From Candidatus Obscuribacteraceae bacterium (GTDB lineage Bacteria; Cyanobacteriota; Vampirovibrionia; Obscuribacterales; Obscuribacteraceae): a stretch of DNA of 64,000 nt. Position numbers and translations under genes: made by a program. Below the pieces are notes generated by a model. It made no database searches. It had not been told where the DNA came from and saw only the letters and a list, made by a program, of their open reading frames with translations. Below are positions 29,144 through 38,974 of the stretch, in pieces (the stretch's first letter is position 1; each line of letters begins with the position of its first letter). The stretch is from NCBI GenBank assembly GCA_044226015.1, contig JBGAHS010000004.1, forward strand, positions 640,001 to 704,000, given 5' to 3'.

Positions 29144-30061
29144 GTGGCAGATATCTGGAAAAATTTGAGTTGTCACACTTTCCTCAATGACCAGTGGTCA
29201 GGGAGCTCGACCAACTTGAGTAAACCAGAAACTGCGGAATCCAAACTCCCTATTAGTCAGCGTGAGCTGATCATCTTTACCCTCTCTGACTCCAGCGGAG
29301 AAACAGCCGCGCATGTGGCTCAAGCGGCTCTTGTTCAATTTCCCCCTGGGTTTGCAAGTATCTACAGATTGCCTCAGGTCCGTAGTTGCCAGCAGATAAC
29401 GACGTTGGTGCGCGAAATAGCAACCGGGCGCTCACTAATTGCGTATACATTGGTGCTCCCTGAGTATCGAGAAACACTGGAGGAAGAGGCAAGAAAATAC
29501 AATGTTCCGACCTTGGATTTGTTGGGACCACTAATCGGAAAGATTTCTGATTTGACTCAGAGTAACCCGCTATCGCAGCCTGGACGCTTACATCAACTAG
29601 ATGAGACGTATTTCCGCCGAATGGAAGCTGTGAACTTTGCCGTCCGATTTGACGATGGCAAAAATCCTGATGGTATAGCTCAAGCTGACGTAATTCTGGT
29701 TGGGCTGTCTCGCACTAGCAAGACACCGAACTGTATGTATTTAGCACAGCACTATGGACTCAAGTCAGCAAATTGCCCGATCGTCATGGGGGTTGACCCA
29801 CCGAAATCACTTTTCAATGTTCCAGCAAGAAAAATAATTGGTTTGACTTGTGACCCGCACTTGCTCCAAGATTTGCGCTCGTCGCGTGCGATGGTCATTG
29901 GTATGGGTCCAGATACCATTTATGCTGATCTGGAAGAGATTAAGCTCGAAGTCCAATACGCGAAGCGAATCTTCAGAGAATTGAAGTGTCATGTAATAGA
30001 TGTTTCTTCTAAGGCAATTGAGGAAATTTCCAGCGAAATATTCTGCTTCATGAGGCAATAG
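29144..30061 (+). CDS. Pyruvate, phosphate dikinase regulatory protein (DUF299 kinase/pyrophosphorylase)
   Basis: LSDSSGETA, YFRRMEAVNFAVRFDDGK, GLSRTSKTP P-loop, IDVSSKAIEE; adjacent to ppdK. The true start may be TTG 29216. Confidence 0.93.
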   Translation: MADIWKNLSCHTFLNDQWSGSSTNLSKPETAESKLPISQRELIIFTLSDSSGETAAHVAQAALVQFPPGFASIYRLPQVRSCQQITTLVREIATGRSLIAYTLVLPEYRETLEEEARKYNVPTLDLLGPLIGKISDLTQSNPLSQPGRLHQLDETYFRRMEAVNFAVRFDDGKNPDGIAQADVILVGLSRTSKTPNCMYLAQHYGLKSANCPIVMGVDPPKSLFNVPARKIIGLTCDPHLLQDLRSSRAMVIGMGPDTIYADLEEIKLEVQYAKRIFRELKCHVIDVSSKAIEEISSEIFCFMRQ

Positions 30062-30156
30062 AAACAATACCGAGAGCAGCAATTGCAGCTCTCAACGGAA
30101 TGGCGTCACCGATTCAAACGCTCGGTCAGCAACTTCAGCAACGGAGAGAAATTGAA

Positions 30157-32910
30157 ATGCTAACAACAGAAGCCAGTCAACACGACAAAAAGCTGGGTTC
30201 GAAAAAGGTTTTATTGTTCTCGGAAGGATTCGATTACTTCTCAGGCAATCGGAGCCTTATGCGTGAGCTACTTGGTGGCAAAGGCGCGGGACTGGCTGAA
30301 ATGACATCTGCCGGTGTCAATGTTCCTCCAGGTATGACTCTTACGACTTCCCTCTGTCGCGAGTACTACGAGAATAACAAAAAAGTTCCGGAAACACTTT
30401 TGCCCGAGGTGAAAGAGACACTCAAGAATATTGAGGAAAGACTCGATCGAAAGTTAGGTGACAAGCAAAAACCTTTGCTCCTGTCTGTCCGCTCCGGAGC
30501 GAAGTTCTCGATGCCGGGAATGATGGATACCATCCTCAATCTCGGGCTGAATGATATCACTGTCGAAGCTTTGGGCAAGCTTACAAACAATCCGCGTTTC
30601 GCTTGGGACAGCTATCGCCGCTTCATCCAGATGTACTGCAATGTCGTTCTCGATCTCAGCAAAGATCGTTTCGAAGACATCTTACATGATAAAAAAGAGC
30701 ATCTAAAACTTGCCAATGATACTGATCTCACAGCGGAGCATCTCAAAGAGCTCGTTGCTGAATACAAAGACTTCGTCAAGAAGGAACGCAAGGTTGATTT
30801 CCCTCAAGACACAGATCTGCAGCTTGCTGGAGCTATCGAGGCTGTTTTCCGTTCATGGAACAATAGCCGCGCTATCTACTATCGCAATCTCAACAAGATT
30901 GATCACAACATCGGAACTGCTGTAAACATTCAAGCCATGGTGTTTGGTAATTTCGATGATACATCCGCGACTGGTGTCTGTTTTACGCGCAACCCCAGCG
31001 ATGGAACAAGATTGCTCTATGGTGAGTATCTCGTAAACGCTCAAGGTGAGGACGTTGTTGCCGGTATCCGCACCCCTAAGAAGATCGAAGAAATGAAGAA
31101 AGAGATGGCAACTGTATATGCGCAGTTAGAAGAAACTGCGATGAGACTCGAGCAGCACTACAAAGACATGCAGGATATCGAGTTCACAATCCAACAGGGC
31201 GAATTGTTCTTGCTTCAGACCAGAACCGGGAAGCGCACAGCTGCAGCTGCCATTAAGGTAGCCGTTGATATGGCTAACGATGGGATTATTTCAAAACAGA
31301 CTGCGTTGACTCGCGTTGAACCAACTCAACTGAATCAGCTACTTTTACCTAGTTTCGATCAAGCTGACAAAGAGAAAGCGAAGAAAGACGGTCGTCTGCT
31401 GGCCACAGGACTGAATGCCTCTCCTGGCGCAGCCATCGGAGAGATTGTTTTTGACCCAAGCGAGGCCGAACGACTTTCGACACTGTCAAAGAAAGTAATT
31501 CTGGTGCGAGTTGAAACTTGTCCTGATGATATTCACGGAATTGTTCCTGCTCAAGGTGTCGTCACCAGTCGTGGTGGCATGACCAGTCACGCTGCCGTAG
31601 TCGCAAGAGGCATGGGGAAACCCTGTGTAGCTGGATGTGAATCTTTCAAGGTAGATCTCGAAAAAGAAATTGTGAGTGTCAAGGACTTAACTCTTAAGGC
31701 TGGCGATTTGATTTCAATTGATGGATCAACTGGTGAGATTTACAAGGGCGCCATCGCGACGCTAGAGCCGAATCTAAGTCAAGAGTGTTTGACTCTTTTG
31801 AAGTGGGCAGACGAAACCAGAACACTGAAGATTCGGACAAATGCAGACACGCCTGAAGATGCGAAACGTGCTCGCGATTTCGGCGCAGAGGGAATTGGAC
31901 TTTGTCGAACAGAGCACATGTTCATGAGCCAGGACAGACTTCCCGCTGTTCAAGAGATGATCATGGCTACAAGCCCACTAGAGCGAGAACAAGCTCTCGC
32001 TAAGATTCTGCCCATGCAGAAAGAAGACTTTATCGGAATATTCAAGGCAATGGCTGGTTTGCCAGTGACAATCCGCTTGTTGGATCCGCCTCTGCATGAG
32101 TTCCTGCCTAAATACGAGGAACTTATCGAAGAGATTGCCACGATGAAAGCTAAGGGCATCAAGGGCGCAGAATTGCGTGAAAAAGAGCAGCTGTTTGAGA
32201 AAGTAGGCGCACTCAAAGAATCGAATCCGATGATGGGATTGCGCGGTTGCAGGCTGGGTTTGACACATCCAGAAATCAACCGTATGCAAGTTCAAGCAAT
32301 TTTTGAAGCCGCCATTGCGGTGAAGAAAGAAGGGCTGGAAGTATACCCTGAAATCATGATCCCCCTCATCGGTCATGTCAACGAGCTCAAACTTTCACGT
32401 GCCATGCTTGAGGCTACCGCAAAGGAAGTGATGGACCGGGAAAACGTTCAAATCGATTATAAGTTTGGAACCATGATTGAAATCCCGCGTGCATGCGTGA
32501 CCGCAAATGAAATTGCGGAGTATGCTGAGTTCTTCAGCTTCGGAACTAACGATCTGACCCAGATGACATTCGGTTACAGCCGCGATGATGCTGAAGGAAA
32601 ATTCTTGCAAAAGTATTTGGAAGGGCTTGAGTGGAACGGTTCGCACCACAAGATCTTGACTCAAAATCCCTTTGAGGCTTTGGATCAAAATGGTGTTGGT
32701 AAACTTATGAAGATAGCCGTTGAATATGGCTTACAAACCAGACCGGATCTAAAGCTAGGCATTTGTGGTGAACATGGAGGCGAGTCTTCATCAATCGCCT
32801 TTGCTCACCAGATTGGTTTGGCGTATGTGAGTTGTTCGCCGTATCGGGTGCCACCAGCTCGACTAGCTGCTGCTCAAGCTACGATCAGCGGAGAAGAAAA
32901 GGACAAATAG
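30157..32910 (+). CDS. ppdK: Pyruvate, phosphate dikinase
   Basis: LLGGKGAGLAEM, SVRSGA..SMPGMMDT, GGMTSHAAVVARG phospho-His motif, GIGLCRTEHMF, FSFGTNDLTQ, GICGEHGG. Confidence 0.97.
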   Translation: MLTTEASQHDKKLGSKKVLLFSEGFDYFSGNRSLMRELLGGKGAGLAEMTSAGVNVPPGMTLTTSLCREYYENNKKVPETLLPEVKETLKNIEERLDRKLGDKQKPLLLSVRSGAKFSMPGMMDTILNLGLNDITVEALGKLTNNPRFAWDSYRRFIQMYCNVVLDLSKDRFEDILHDKKEHLKLANDTDLTAEHLKELVAEYKDFVKKERKVDFPQDTDLQLAGAIEAVFRSWNNSRAIYYRNLNKIDHNIGTAVNIQAMVFGNFDDTSATGVCFTRNPSDGTRLLYGEYLVNAQGEDVVAGIRTPKKIEEMKKEMATVYAQLEETAMRLEQHYKDMQDIEFTIQQGELFLLQTRTGKRTAAAAIKVAVDMANDGIISKQTALTRVEPTQLNQLLLPSFDQADKEKAKKDGRLLATGLNASPGAAIGEIVFDPSEAERLSTLSKKVILVRVETCPDDIHGIVPAQGVVTSRGGMTSHAAVVARGMGKPCVAGCESFKVDLEKEIVSVKDLTLKAGDLISIDGSTGEIYKGAIATLEPNLSQECLTLLKWADETRTLKIRTNADTPEDAKRARDFGAEGIGLCRTEHMFMSQDRLPAVQEMIMATSPLEREQALAKILPMQKEDFIGIFKAMAGLPVTIRLLDPPLHEFLPKYEELIEEIATMKAKGIKGAELREKEQLFEKVGALKESNPMMGLRGCRLGLTHPEINRMQVQAIFEAAIAVKKEGLEVYPEIMIPLIGHVNELKLSRAMLEATAKEVMDRENVQIDYKFGTMIEIPRACVTANEIAEYAEFFSFGTNDLTQMTFGYSRDDAEGKFLQKYLEGLEWNGSHHKILTQNPFEALDQNGVGKLMKIAVEYGLQTRPDLKLGICGEHGGESSSIAFAHQIGLAYVSCSPYRVPPARLAAAQATISGEEKDK

Positions 32911-32919
32911 GATAGTGAT

Positions 32920-33260
32920 CCGCTGCGGTGTGATTTGGGGCTGCGGCGGGATTGGGCTGCGGCGGATTGAAGCTGCTGCTGTGTGATTTGGAGCTGCGGC
33001 GGATTGAAGCTGCGGCGGATTGAAGCTGCTGCGGATTGAAGCTGCTGCGGGATTGGGCTGCGGCGGCGGGATTGCTCCCTGCCGGATACTAGATATAGGC
33101 GCTTTGGTTGGGTATGGCAGCAAATCCAATTCGAACAGGTTAGCTCCAGAATTGTTGCCTGCTGGGAGCCTGCGGACGGATTGATTCCTGCGGGATTGCT
33201 CTCTGCTGGATTGATCCCTGCGGGATTGCGGCGGCTGCCGGATTGCTCTCTGCGGGATAC
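32920..33260. repeat. Degenerate GCTGCGGCGGATTG(AA)-type short repeats between convergent ppdK and kinase
   Basis: Many imperfect GCTGCGG(CGG)GATT units. Confidence 0.75.
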
Positions 33261-33310
33261 TATACAGGCGCTTTGGCTGACTGAGGCTGCATGTCCTGTT
33301 AAAGCCGCAC

Positions 33311-35422
33311 TCAGTATGGCAGCAAATCCAATTCGAACAGTTTTGCCCCAGAATTGTTGCCTGCTGAATTGTTGCCTGCTGATTTACTCTCTGCCGGATT
33401 GCTACTGCTCTTCTTTAGCTCTGTAAGCTTTCTCTTTGCCATATCTCGGAGCACGCCAAATTCATCAAGAACACTCGGTTCAGCAAGGAATATCTCAGCT
33501 TTGTCAAAATCACCATCCTCGCAACACAAATATGCGTGAAACAACAGATTGGTGTCAGACCGATAGCTGTTTTTGCTCATGATCATAACCGCTTTATCAT
33601 GCTCACCAAGCCGTTCAAAAGTCATAGCCGCATCACAGCGAAATTGACCCTTCTTTGCATTTGAGTAGAAGTCACTCATTTCTTTGTTATCCACACCAAA
33701 TGGTTTCATGATATTTCTTGCTTCGGATATTTGTCCGGTTTGATACATCAATTTTGCTCGTTCTAGCAAATATGCCTGAAACTTAACGTCACCCATTTCC
33801 CCGGAAAGTTGTTGGAGGCAAATCTTTGCCAGATCATAACGCTTGAACATGCGACAAACGCGCGATAGAGATGCAAGATGTCCATTGCTTTTCTGGTTCT
33901 TAATCAGATCTCGTGCAAGCTTCTCATCGTCACAGCTTAGTGCTACTGTTAGCGCGTCAGCATCACCGCCATAGGGGCACTCTGCTATGATTCGTGCGGC
34001 TTTGAGTGCGTCTTGCGGTCGTCCTTCTCGCAGGTAGATCTGGCACAAAAATCCGAGACTTTGCCAGTATGCATCCTTTTCTAAATCATCCGTGATCCAT
34101 TCCTGTGGGGTGTAGGGCTTAGTCATTCTCACCACATCTTCGAGTAGGGGCTTCGCGACCTTGTATCTTGTAGCTTCATAGCAGGCATATCCAACTTGAT
34201 ACATTGCCTTGGGATAGAGCGACTTCTTACGTTCCATAGGCATTCTTCTGAAGATCTCTAGCATCGTTTTGATCAAGTCTTTATTATCATTAACCCCATG
34301 TTGTTTGAAGAAAATGAGTAGCGATTGAATTTTGTAAGTATCAGTGGTTTCCTTGTCGTCCAGAATCTTTTGTATGGCTTCTTTTGGGCTATCTTTCGGA
34401 ATTACTGACCGAACCGCACTTGCTTTTTCTTTTGAAAAATTCGCAAACTTGACAATGCTAACTGCACTCACAACGAGCAGTGCCACTGAAAGTGGTATTA
34501 GCAGTAGCTGTTTTGGAATTGTGTTTTGACTGCGTGATTCGGACTTTTGTGCGCTGTCTCTAGCAAGCTCGATTAGTGAATTGAGCTCTTCTTCCATCTC
34601 GGCGGCATTCTGAAAACGTTTGTCAGGATCCTTCTGTAGTCCTTTTTGAAAAAAGTCGTTAATTGCTTTATTTTGTTTTGGAGAAGCCATTGGCGGCGCA
34701 AGTGGAACAGTTGCATTCACTTGTTTGTACATAATTTCCATGGGATTTTCGGAGGCGTATGGAGCTTTTCCTGTAAACATTTCGAATATGCAGATGACCA
34801 GGGAGTATAGATCAGAGCGTGGGTCTGCTTTCTGACCCTTACATTGTTCGGGGCTCATGTATGCTACGGAACCGATTAAAGTACCCGTACTAGTCAATTT
34901 TTGTACATCACTTGCAGTTGCAATCTTGACCAATCCGAAATCAATGATTTTGATCTGGTTCTGCTCCAAACCATCAACAAAAACGATGTTGTCTGGTTTC
35001 AAATCCCGGTGAATTACGCCTTCGCTATGCATATACTTTAGCGCCGAACATATCTGCATTGCCACATTCAACACTATAGTCAGTGGCATGGCGCCATGTT
35101 CATTCAAATGTTTGCGAATTGATGTGCCCCTGATTAGTTCCATAGCCAGATAGGGGACATCAGCAGATGATAGTCCAAGATGATAAACGGTTACGATGTT
35201 CTCGTGGTGTAGGCGACTAAGTGCTTGTCCTTCTCGCTTAAATCTTGCTGTGAACTCTTCATCATCGGCAAAATTTGAATGCAATATCTTCAGCGCTATA
35301 AACCTTTCGCCGTCTAACTGTTTTGCTTTGAAAACAGTCCCGATTCCGCCTGCGCCAAGTATTTCAAGCAACTCGTAACGTTGCTCAAATAATTCGCCAG
35401 GTTTTGCTGTCGTATCTGTCAT
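33311..35422 (-). CDS. Hanks-type Ser/Thr protein kinase with TM helix and TPR-like domain
   Basis: GAGGIG, IALK, HRDLKPDN, DFG, YMSPEQC; TM segment LLLIPLSVALLVVSAVSIV. Confidence 0.93.
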   Translation of the reverse strand: MTDTTAKPGELFEQRYELLEILGAGGIGTVFKAKQLDGERFIALKILHSNFADDEEFTARFKREGQALSRLHHENIVTVYHLGLSSADVPYLAMELIRGTSIRKHLNEHGAMPLTIVLNVAMQICSALKYMHSEGVIHRDLKPDNIVFVDGLEQNQIKIIDFGLVKIATASDVQKLTSTGTLIGSVAYMSPEQCKGQKADPRSDLYSLVICIFEMFTGKAPYASENPMEIMYKQVNATVPLAPPMASPKQNKAINDFFQKGLQKDPDKRFQNAAEMEEELNSLIELARDSAQKSESRSQNTIPKQLLLIPLSVALLVVSAVSIVKFANFSKEKASAVRSVIPKDSPKEAIQKILDDKETTDTYKIQSLLIFFKQHGVNDNKDLIKTMLEIFRRMPMERKKSLYPKAMYQVGYACYEATRYKVAKPLLEDVVRMTKPYTPQEWITDDLEKDAYWQSLGFLCQIYLREGRPQDALKAARIIAECPYGGDADALTVALSCDDEKLARDLIKNQKSNGHLASLSRVCRMFKRYDLAKICLQQLSGEMGDVKFQAYLLERAKLMYQTGQISEARNIMKPFGVDNKEMSDFYSNAKKGQFRCDAAMTFERLGEHDKAVMIMSKNSYRSDTNLLFHAYLCCEDGDFDKAEIFLAEPSVLDEFGVLRDMAKRKLTELKKSSSNPAESKSAGNNSAGNNSGAKLFELDLLPY

Positions 35423-35484
35423 CTTCCACCTCTGGTTTTATGCCCGAAAATGGACGATGTTTTACCATGCTACAATTTGGACTA

Positions 35485-36297
35485 ATGCTAATCAGATTCA
35501 CATTGCTGCTGTCGTTAATTATTCTCTGCACAAATACTGTGCTGGCAGATTCCTCTTCTAGCCCAACAAAGCTGCGTTTATCTGCTGACCAGGCTACTGA
35601 AGTCGGGCATAAGGTATGGATGAATGAATGTGGTGGCAGAGTTGATGGATTGACTTCATGGAATGTGGGCGAAGAATTTCCTTCTTTGGGTATTGGACAT
35701 TTCATTTGGTATCCTGAAGGTGTTAAGGGACCTTTTGTTGAGCGCTTTCCCGATGTGGTGAAGTTTCTCAGGGCGCATGGGGCTGAGCCTCCATCTTGGC
35801 TTAAGGATGACATGGCTTGCCCATGGAAATCGCGTGAGGAGTTCCTTGCCGAGCAGCAATCACCGAAGATGGTTGAATTGCGGAACTTTCTCAGCGCTAC
35901 AGTGGCGTTGCAAACTGATTATCTGATTCAACGATTGGAAAATGCTCTTCCAAAAATGCTTGAGAAATCTGAGCCAGCAAATCGCAAGAAAATAAAAAAA
36001 CAGTTTGAAAGAGTCCTCAATAGCGGCGCCGCTGGGGCTTTTGAACTTATCGATTACGTAAATTTCAAAGGGGAAGGCGTAGCTGAAACAGAGCGCTACA
36101 AAGGACAGGGCTGGGGAATGCTGCAGGTCCTTGAGCTAATGGACGAAACTGGTGACCCCGTTTCGTCTTTTTCCGAAGGTGCTAAAAAGGCTCTGACTCG
36201 GCGAGTGCAAAATTCTCCTCCAGCAAGGCATGAAGAGCGGTGGCTGCCTGGTTGGACCAGGCGAATCAACGCGTATGTTGTGAAATCTCCAAAGTAA
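35485..36297 (+). CDS. Secreted hypothetical protein, possible lysozyme/chitosanase-like fold
   Basis: Signal peptide MLIRFTLLLSLIILCTNTVLA; NECGG...WNVGEEFPSLGIGHFIWYP and LIDYVNFKGEG...RY.GQGWG blocks. Confidence 0.7.
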   Translation: MLIRFTLLLSLIILCTNTVLADSSSSPTKLRLSADQATEVGHKVWMNECGGRVDGLTSWNVGEEFPSLGIGHFIWYPEGVKGPFVERFPDVVKFLRAHGAEPPSWLKDDMACPWKSREEFLAEQQSPKMVELRNFLSATVALQTDYLIQRLENALPKMLEKSEPANRKKIKKQFERVLNSGAAGAFELIDYVNFKGEGVAETERYKGQGWGMLQVLELMDETGDPVSSFSEGAKKALTRRVQNSPPARHEERWLPGWTRRINAYVVKSPK

Positions 36298-36423
36298 TTG
36301 CTTCTTTGCTCAGGTAACGCATTTATTGCTGCATGTAGAGTTTTAAAGTGGTATTTCGTTTTCGTTTGAGAAGCCCAGTACGTTTCGGTCAAGGTCGAAG
36401 AAATGGACTGGCAGCTTTTGGCA

Positions 36424-36786
36424 CGGAGTAACAACTCAAGCGGTACCGATTCGGTGTAGCAACTAAAGCGGTACCGATTCGGTGTAGCAACTAAAGCGGT
36501 ACCGATTCGGTGTAGCAACTAAAGCGGTACCGATTCGGTGTAGCAACTAAAGCGGTACCGATTCGGTGTAGCAACTAAAGCGGTACCGTTTCGGAGTAGC
36601 AACTAAAGCGGTGCCGTTTCGGAGTAGCAACTAAAGCGGTACCGTTTCGGTGTAGCAACAAAAGCGGTAGCGTTTCGGTGTAGCAACTTAAGCGGTAGCG
36701 TTTCGGTGTAGCAACTAAAGCGGTACCGTTTCGGTGTAGCAACAAAAGCGGTAGCGTTTCGGTGTAGCAACTAAAGCGGTAGCGTT
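36424..36786. repeat. Tandem array, 13 x 28-bp GCAACTAAAGCGGTACCG(A/T)TTCGGTGTA (CGGTACCG family)
   Basis: Cores every 28 nt from 36441 to 36777, between convergent genes. Confidence 0.96.
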
Positions 36787-36804
36787 GTGGAATTTCTGTG
36801 CGGA

Positions 36805-37329
36805 CTATTTTTCTGCGCCCCACTCTCGTTCAATTCTTTTTCTGGTTCGTTCCATCAAGCGGGTGATGCTGTCAATAGATTCTGTCTCGTTTGTGATGGC
36901 TTCTTTGTCATATTTTGGAATTGTTTTTCCATCCACTCGGATTAGTTTATCTAGTTCTTTAATTTCATCTCGGAGCATCTGAAATTGCTGGTTAAGCTCA
37001 GCGAAGTCTTTTATGGCATTACTGCCACCCTTCTTTATGTCATTTCCAAGCAGCCCTAAATCGATCTGCAACATTGAGTTATTCACTTGCATATCAATCA
37101 TAGATTTTTCCACTGTCACCGGGTTTGGTGGCAGATATTCCACGTGGCATCGAGGGCTCGGCGGCGGCGGATCGCACACAAGCCGAATCTTGTTCATTTC
37201 TCCACCAATCACATTATCTGATGTTTTCATGCGTGAAATGTCGTCATGAATGCGTTGCAGCGTTGTGGCTGACTCGTTATCAATCTGACCAGCTTGCCCC
37301 GAAGTATTATGTTCAAGATTTGTATTCAT
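36805..37329 (-). CDS. Hypothetical protein
   Basis: Non-repetitive helical ORF; ATG at 37329 preferred; no family recognised. Confidence 0.55.
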   Translation of the reverse strand: MNTNLEHNTSGQAGQIDNESATTLQRIHDDISRMKTSDNVIGGEMNKIRLVCDPPPPSPRCHVEYLPPNPVTVEKSMIDMQVNNSMLQIDLGLLGNDIKKGGSNAIKDFAELNQQFQMLRDEIKELDKLIRVDGKTIPKYDKEAITNETESIDSITRLMERTRKRIEREWGAEK

Positions 37330-37514
37330 ATCAAACCGCCCTAGTTTTGCCCTTGGAAAGATGTTAAGCAGTCCACCCAAATCTGTCAGCCGTGGAAATA
37401 CCTACAGCTAGAGGGCTCGCGAAGTTAGCGTTAACCGGGTTCGCTTTTAGCATTTGCCTTATGGGGTGTGTTATTTCTGGCGTCCTGAATGACACGGGGT
37501 CATTTCCTGGAATT

Positions 37515-38834
37515 TCATTTATTTGAAGGAGCTGGACTGGGCGGCGTGCCGTTCTTCTTTGCTGGGGCGCTAGCAGGGGCTGGATTAGCGGTCGAAGTGG
37601 ATTTAGGTGAATTGCCTGTGGACCCCATAGAACCAGCTGTGGGAGGTTTAGGCTGTGCGTTGGGTGTTGCAGCTGGCGGAGGAGCCACATTCGACTTCGG
37701 TGGCGCCTTTGTTGGAGGCTTGCGCTTGGGCTCAACAGGCTTCGGAGGCGGTGGAACGTTCTTTTCGAATCCGGAATCGCCCTGTTTCGCCTTCAGAGTT
37801 CCAGCATTCCTCATGATCTCCCCAAAAATAGATGATGCTTTTTCGCCATGGGAATTCAAATTCTTGATCAGTTCGTGTATCTGAGTTAGATGGTCGATGC
37901 TAATTTCTGAAACTACGAATTTGCCGCCTTCAAACGCCTTAAAATCTCGTCGACCGACTGAGTCTGGCGGTTTAACATCTTCCATCGTCAATGTTTCTGT
38001 GCCGATGAGCAGTTCGTAAGCTGGTCCTATTGAAACAGCACCACTTTCGATACCATCGTAAGTGTTCTGTTTGCGCTTGCCTTTCTTGCGATTCATTTGC
38101 TGAAGCTTGCCAGCATGACCCCAAGGCGAGCTCACCCATAGCTTGTCATGCATGTTTAGAAAAACGGTATCACTGTTGGTGCACAAATTGACAATCCGAA
38201 GAGTGTCATTTTCGCCTCGTTCAACGAGTGCGTCGCCGCCGGCTAATACACATACATCACCGAATTTGGTTGCGACCAGCACCATATCAGACGGACGGCG
38301 GACGGAGACTAGTAATGGACCTTCTTCTAACCAAATAGACAATGGTGAAAGCAAGTCGTAGCGTGTATCTTTGAGCGCATGAAGCAGGACGCCCGCCGGA
38401 CTGCCATGGATATCGATTGCAGATGGGAAGTTACGCCCGCTGTTTGATTGAACTCCGCTAACGGAATTCAGTCCATCGTTACTGATAATCGGAAACGGAA
38501 GGGTAGATTTATCAGCCGCAGCGTCTGATTTGCTGTCCGCAGATTTAGCTCCGGCCCCAGTTCTTGCTGAATCTGGTTTTGGTAAGGATTGCGCAGAGCT
38601 GGTCTTGCCGGGTGGTTCACCCATTGCAGACTTCGACGAAGTTGCAGGTGAAGACGCAGCAACAGGTTCGAGCCCTGATTTCTTATTGTCACTTTGCTGA
38701 GCTTGTGCTCCAATTTGAGCTAAAGCAATTGACAATGTGAACGCAAAAAGGACTCTTTTAAAATTCTGCTGATTTAGACGGAATAAGGGATTGCCGTCAT
38801 CAAACAGCCTCGGATTTTGCTTCCCCGAACCCAA
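37515..38834 (-). CDS. Secreted protein with divergent FecR-like beta domain and Pro-rich tail
   Basis: Signal-like segment VLFAFTLSIALAQIGAQA; WLEEGPLLVS...VATKFGDVCV resembles FecR strands; the exact start is uncertain. Confidence 0.65.
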   Translation of the reverse strand: MGSGKQNPRLFDDGNPLFRLNQQNFKRVLFAFTLSIALAQIGAQAQQSDNKKSGLEPVAASSPATSSKSAMGEPPGKTSSAQSLPKPDSARTGAGAKSADSKSDAAADKSTLPFPIISNDGLNSVSGVQSNSGRNFPSAIDIHGSPAGVLLHALKDTRYDLLSPLSIWLEEGPLLVSVRRPSDMVLVATKFGDVCVLAGGDALVERGENDTLRIVNLCTNSDTVFLNMHDKLWVSSPWGHAGKLQQMNRKKGKRKQNTYDGIESGAVSIGPAYELLIGTETLTMEDVKPPDSVGRRDFKAFEGGKFVVSEISIDHLTQIHELIKNLNSHGEKASSIFGEIMRNAGTLKAKQGDSGFEKNVPPPPKPVEPKRKPPTKAPPKSNVAPPPAATPNAQPKPPTAGSMGSTGNSPKSTSTANPAPASAPAKKNGTPPSPAPSNK

Positions 38835-38974
38835 TGCACCCTCTTACTAAGTACGCCTACCCAGTATCATACTACTCTGTTCACATACCTTTTCCAGCCC
38901 TAATTGAATCAATTTCTTGCTTATCCTGGTCCTTGACGTGGCAAAATTAATCTAGTGAGGTTCTAAATTATCAA

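Noticed and set aside
33112..33366. Diversity-generating retroelement TR/VR pair
   Set aside because: The differences are not adenine-specific on either strand, the match is only 53 bp, and no reverse transcriptase is present in the window.
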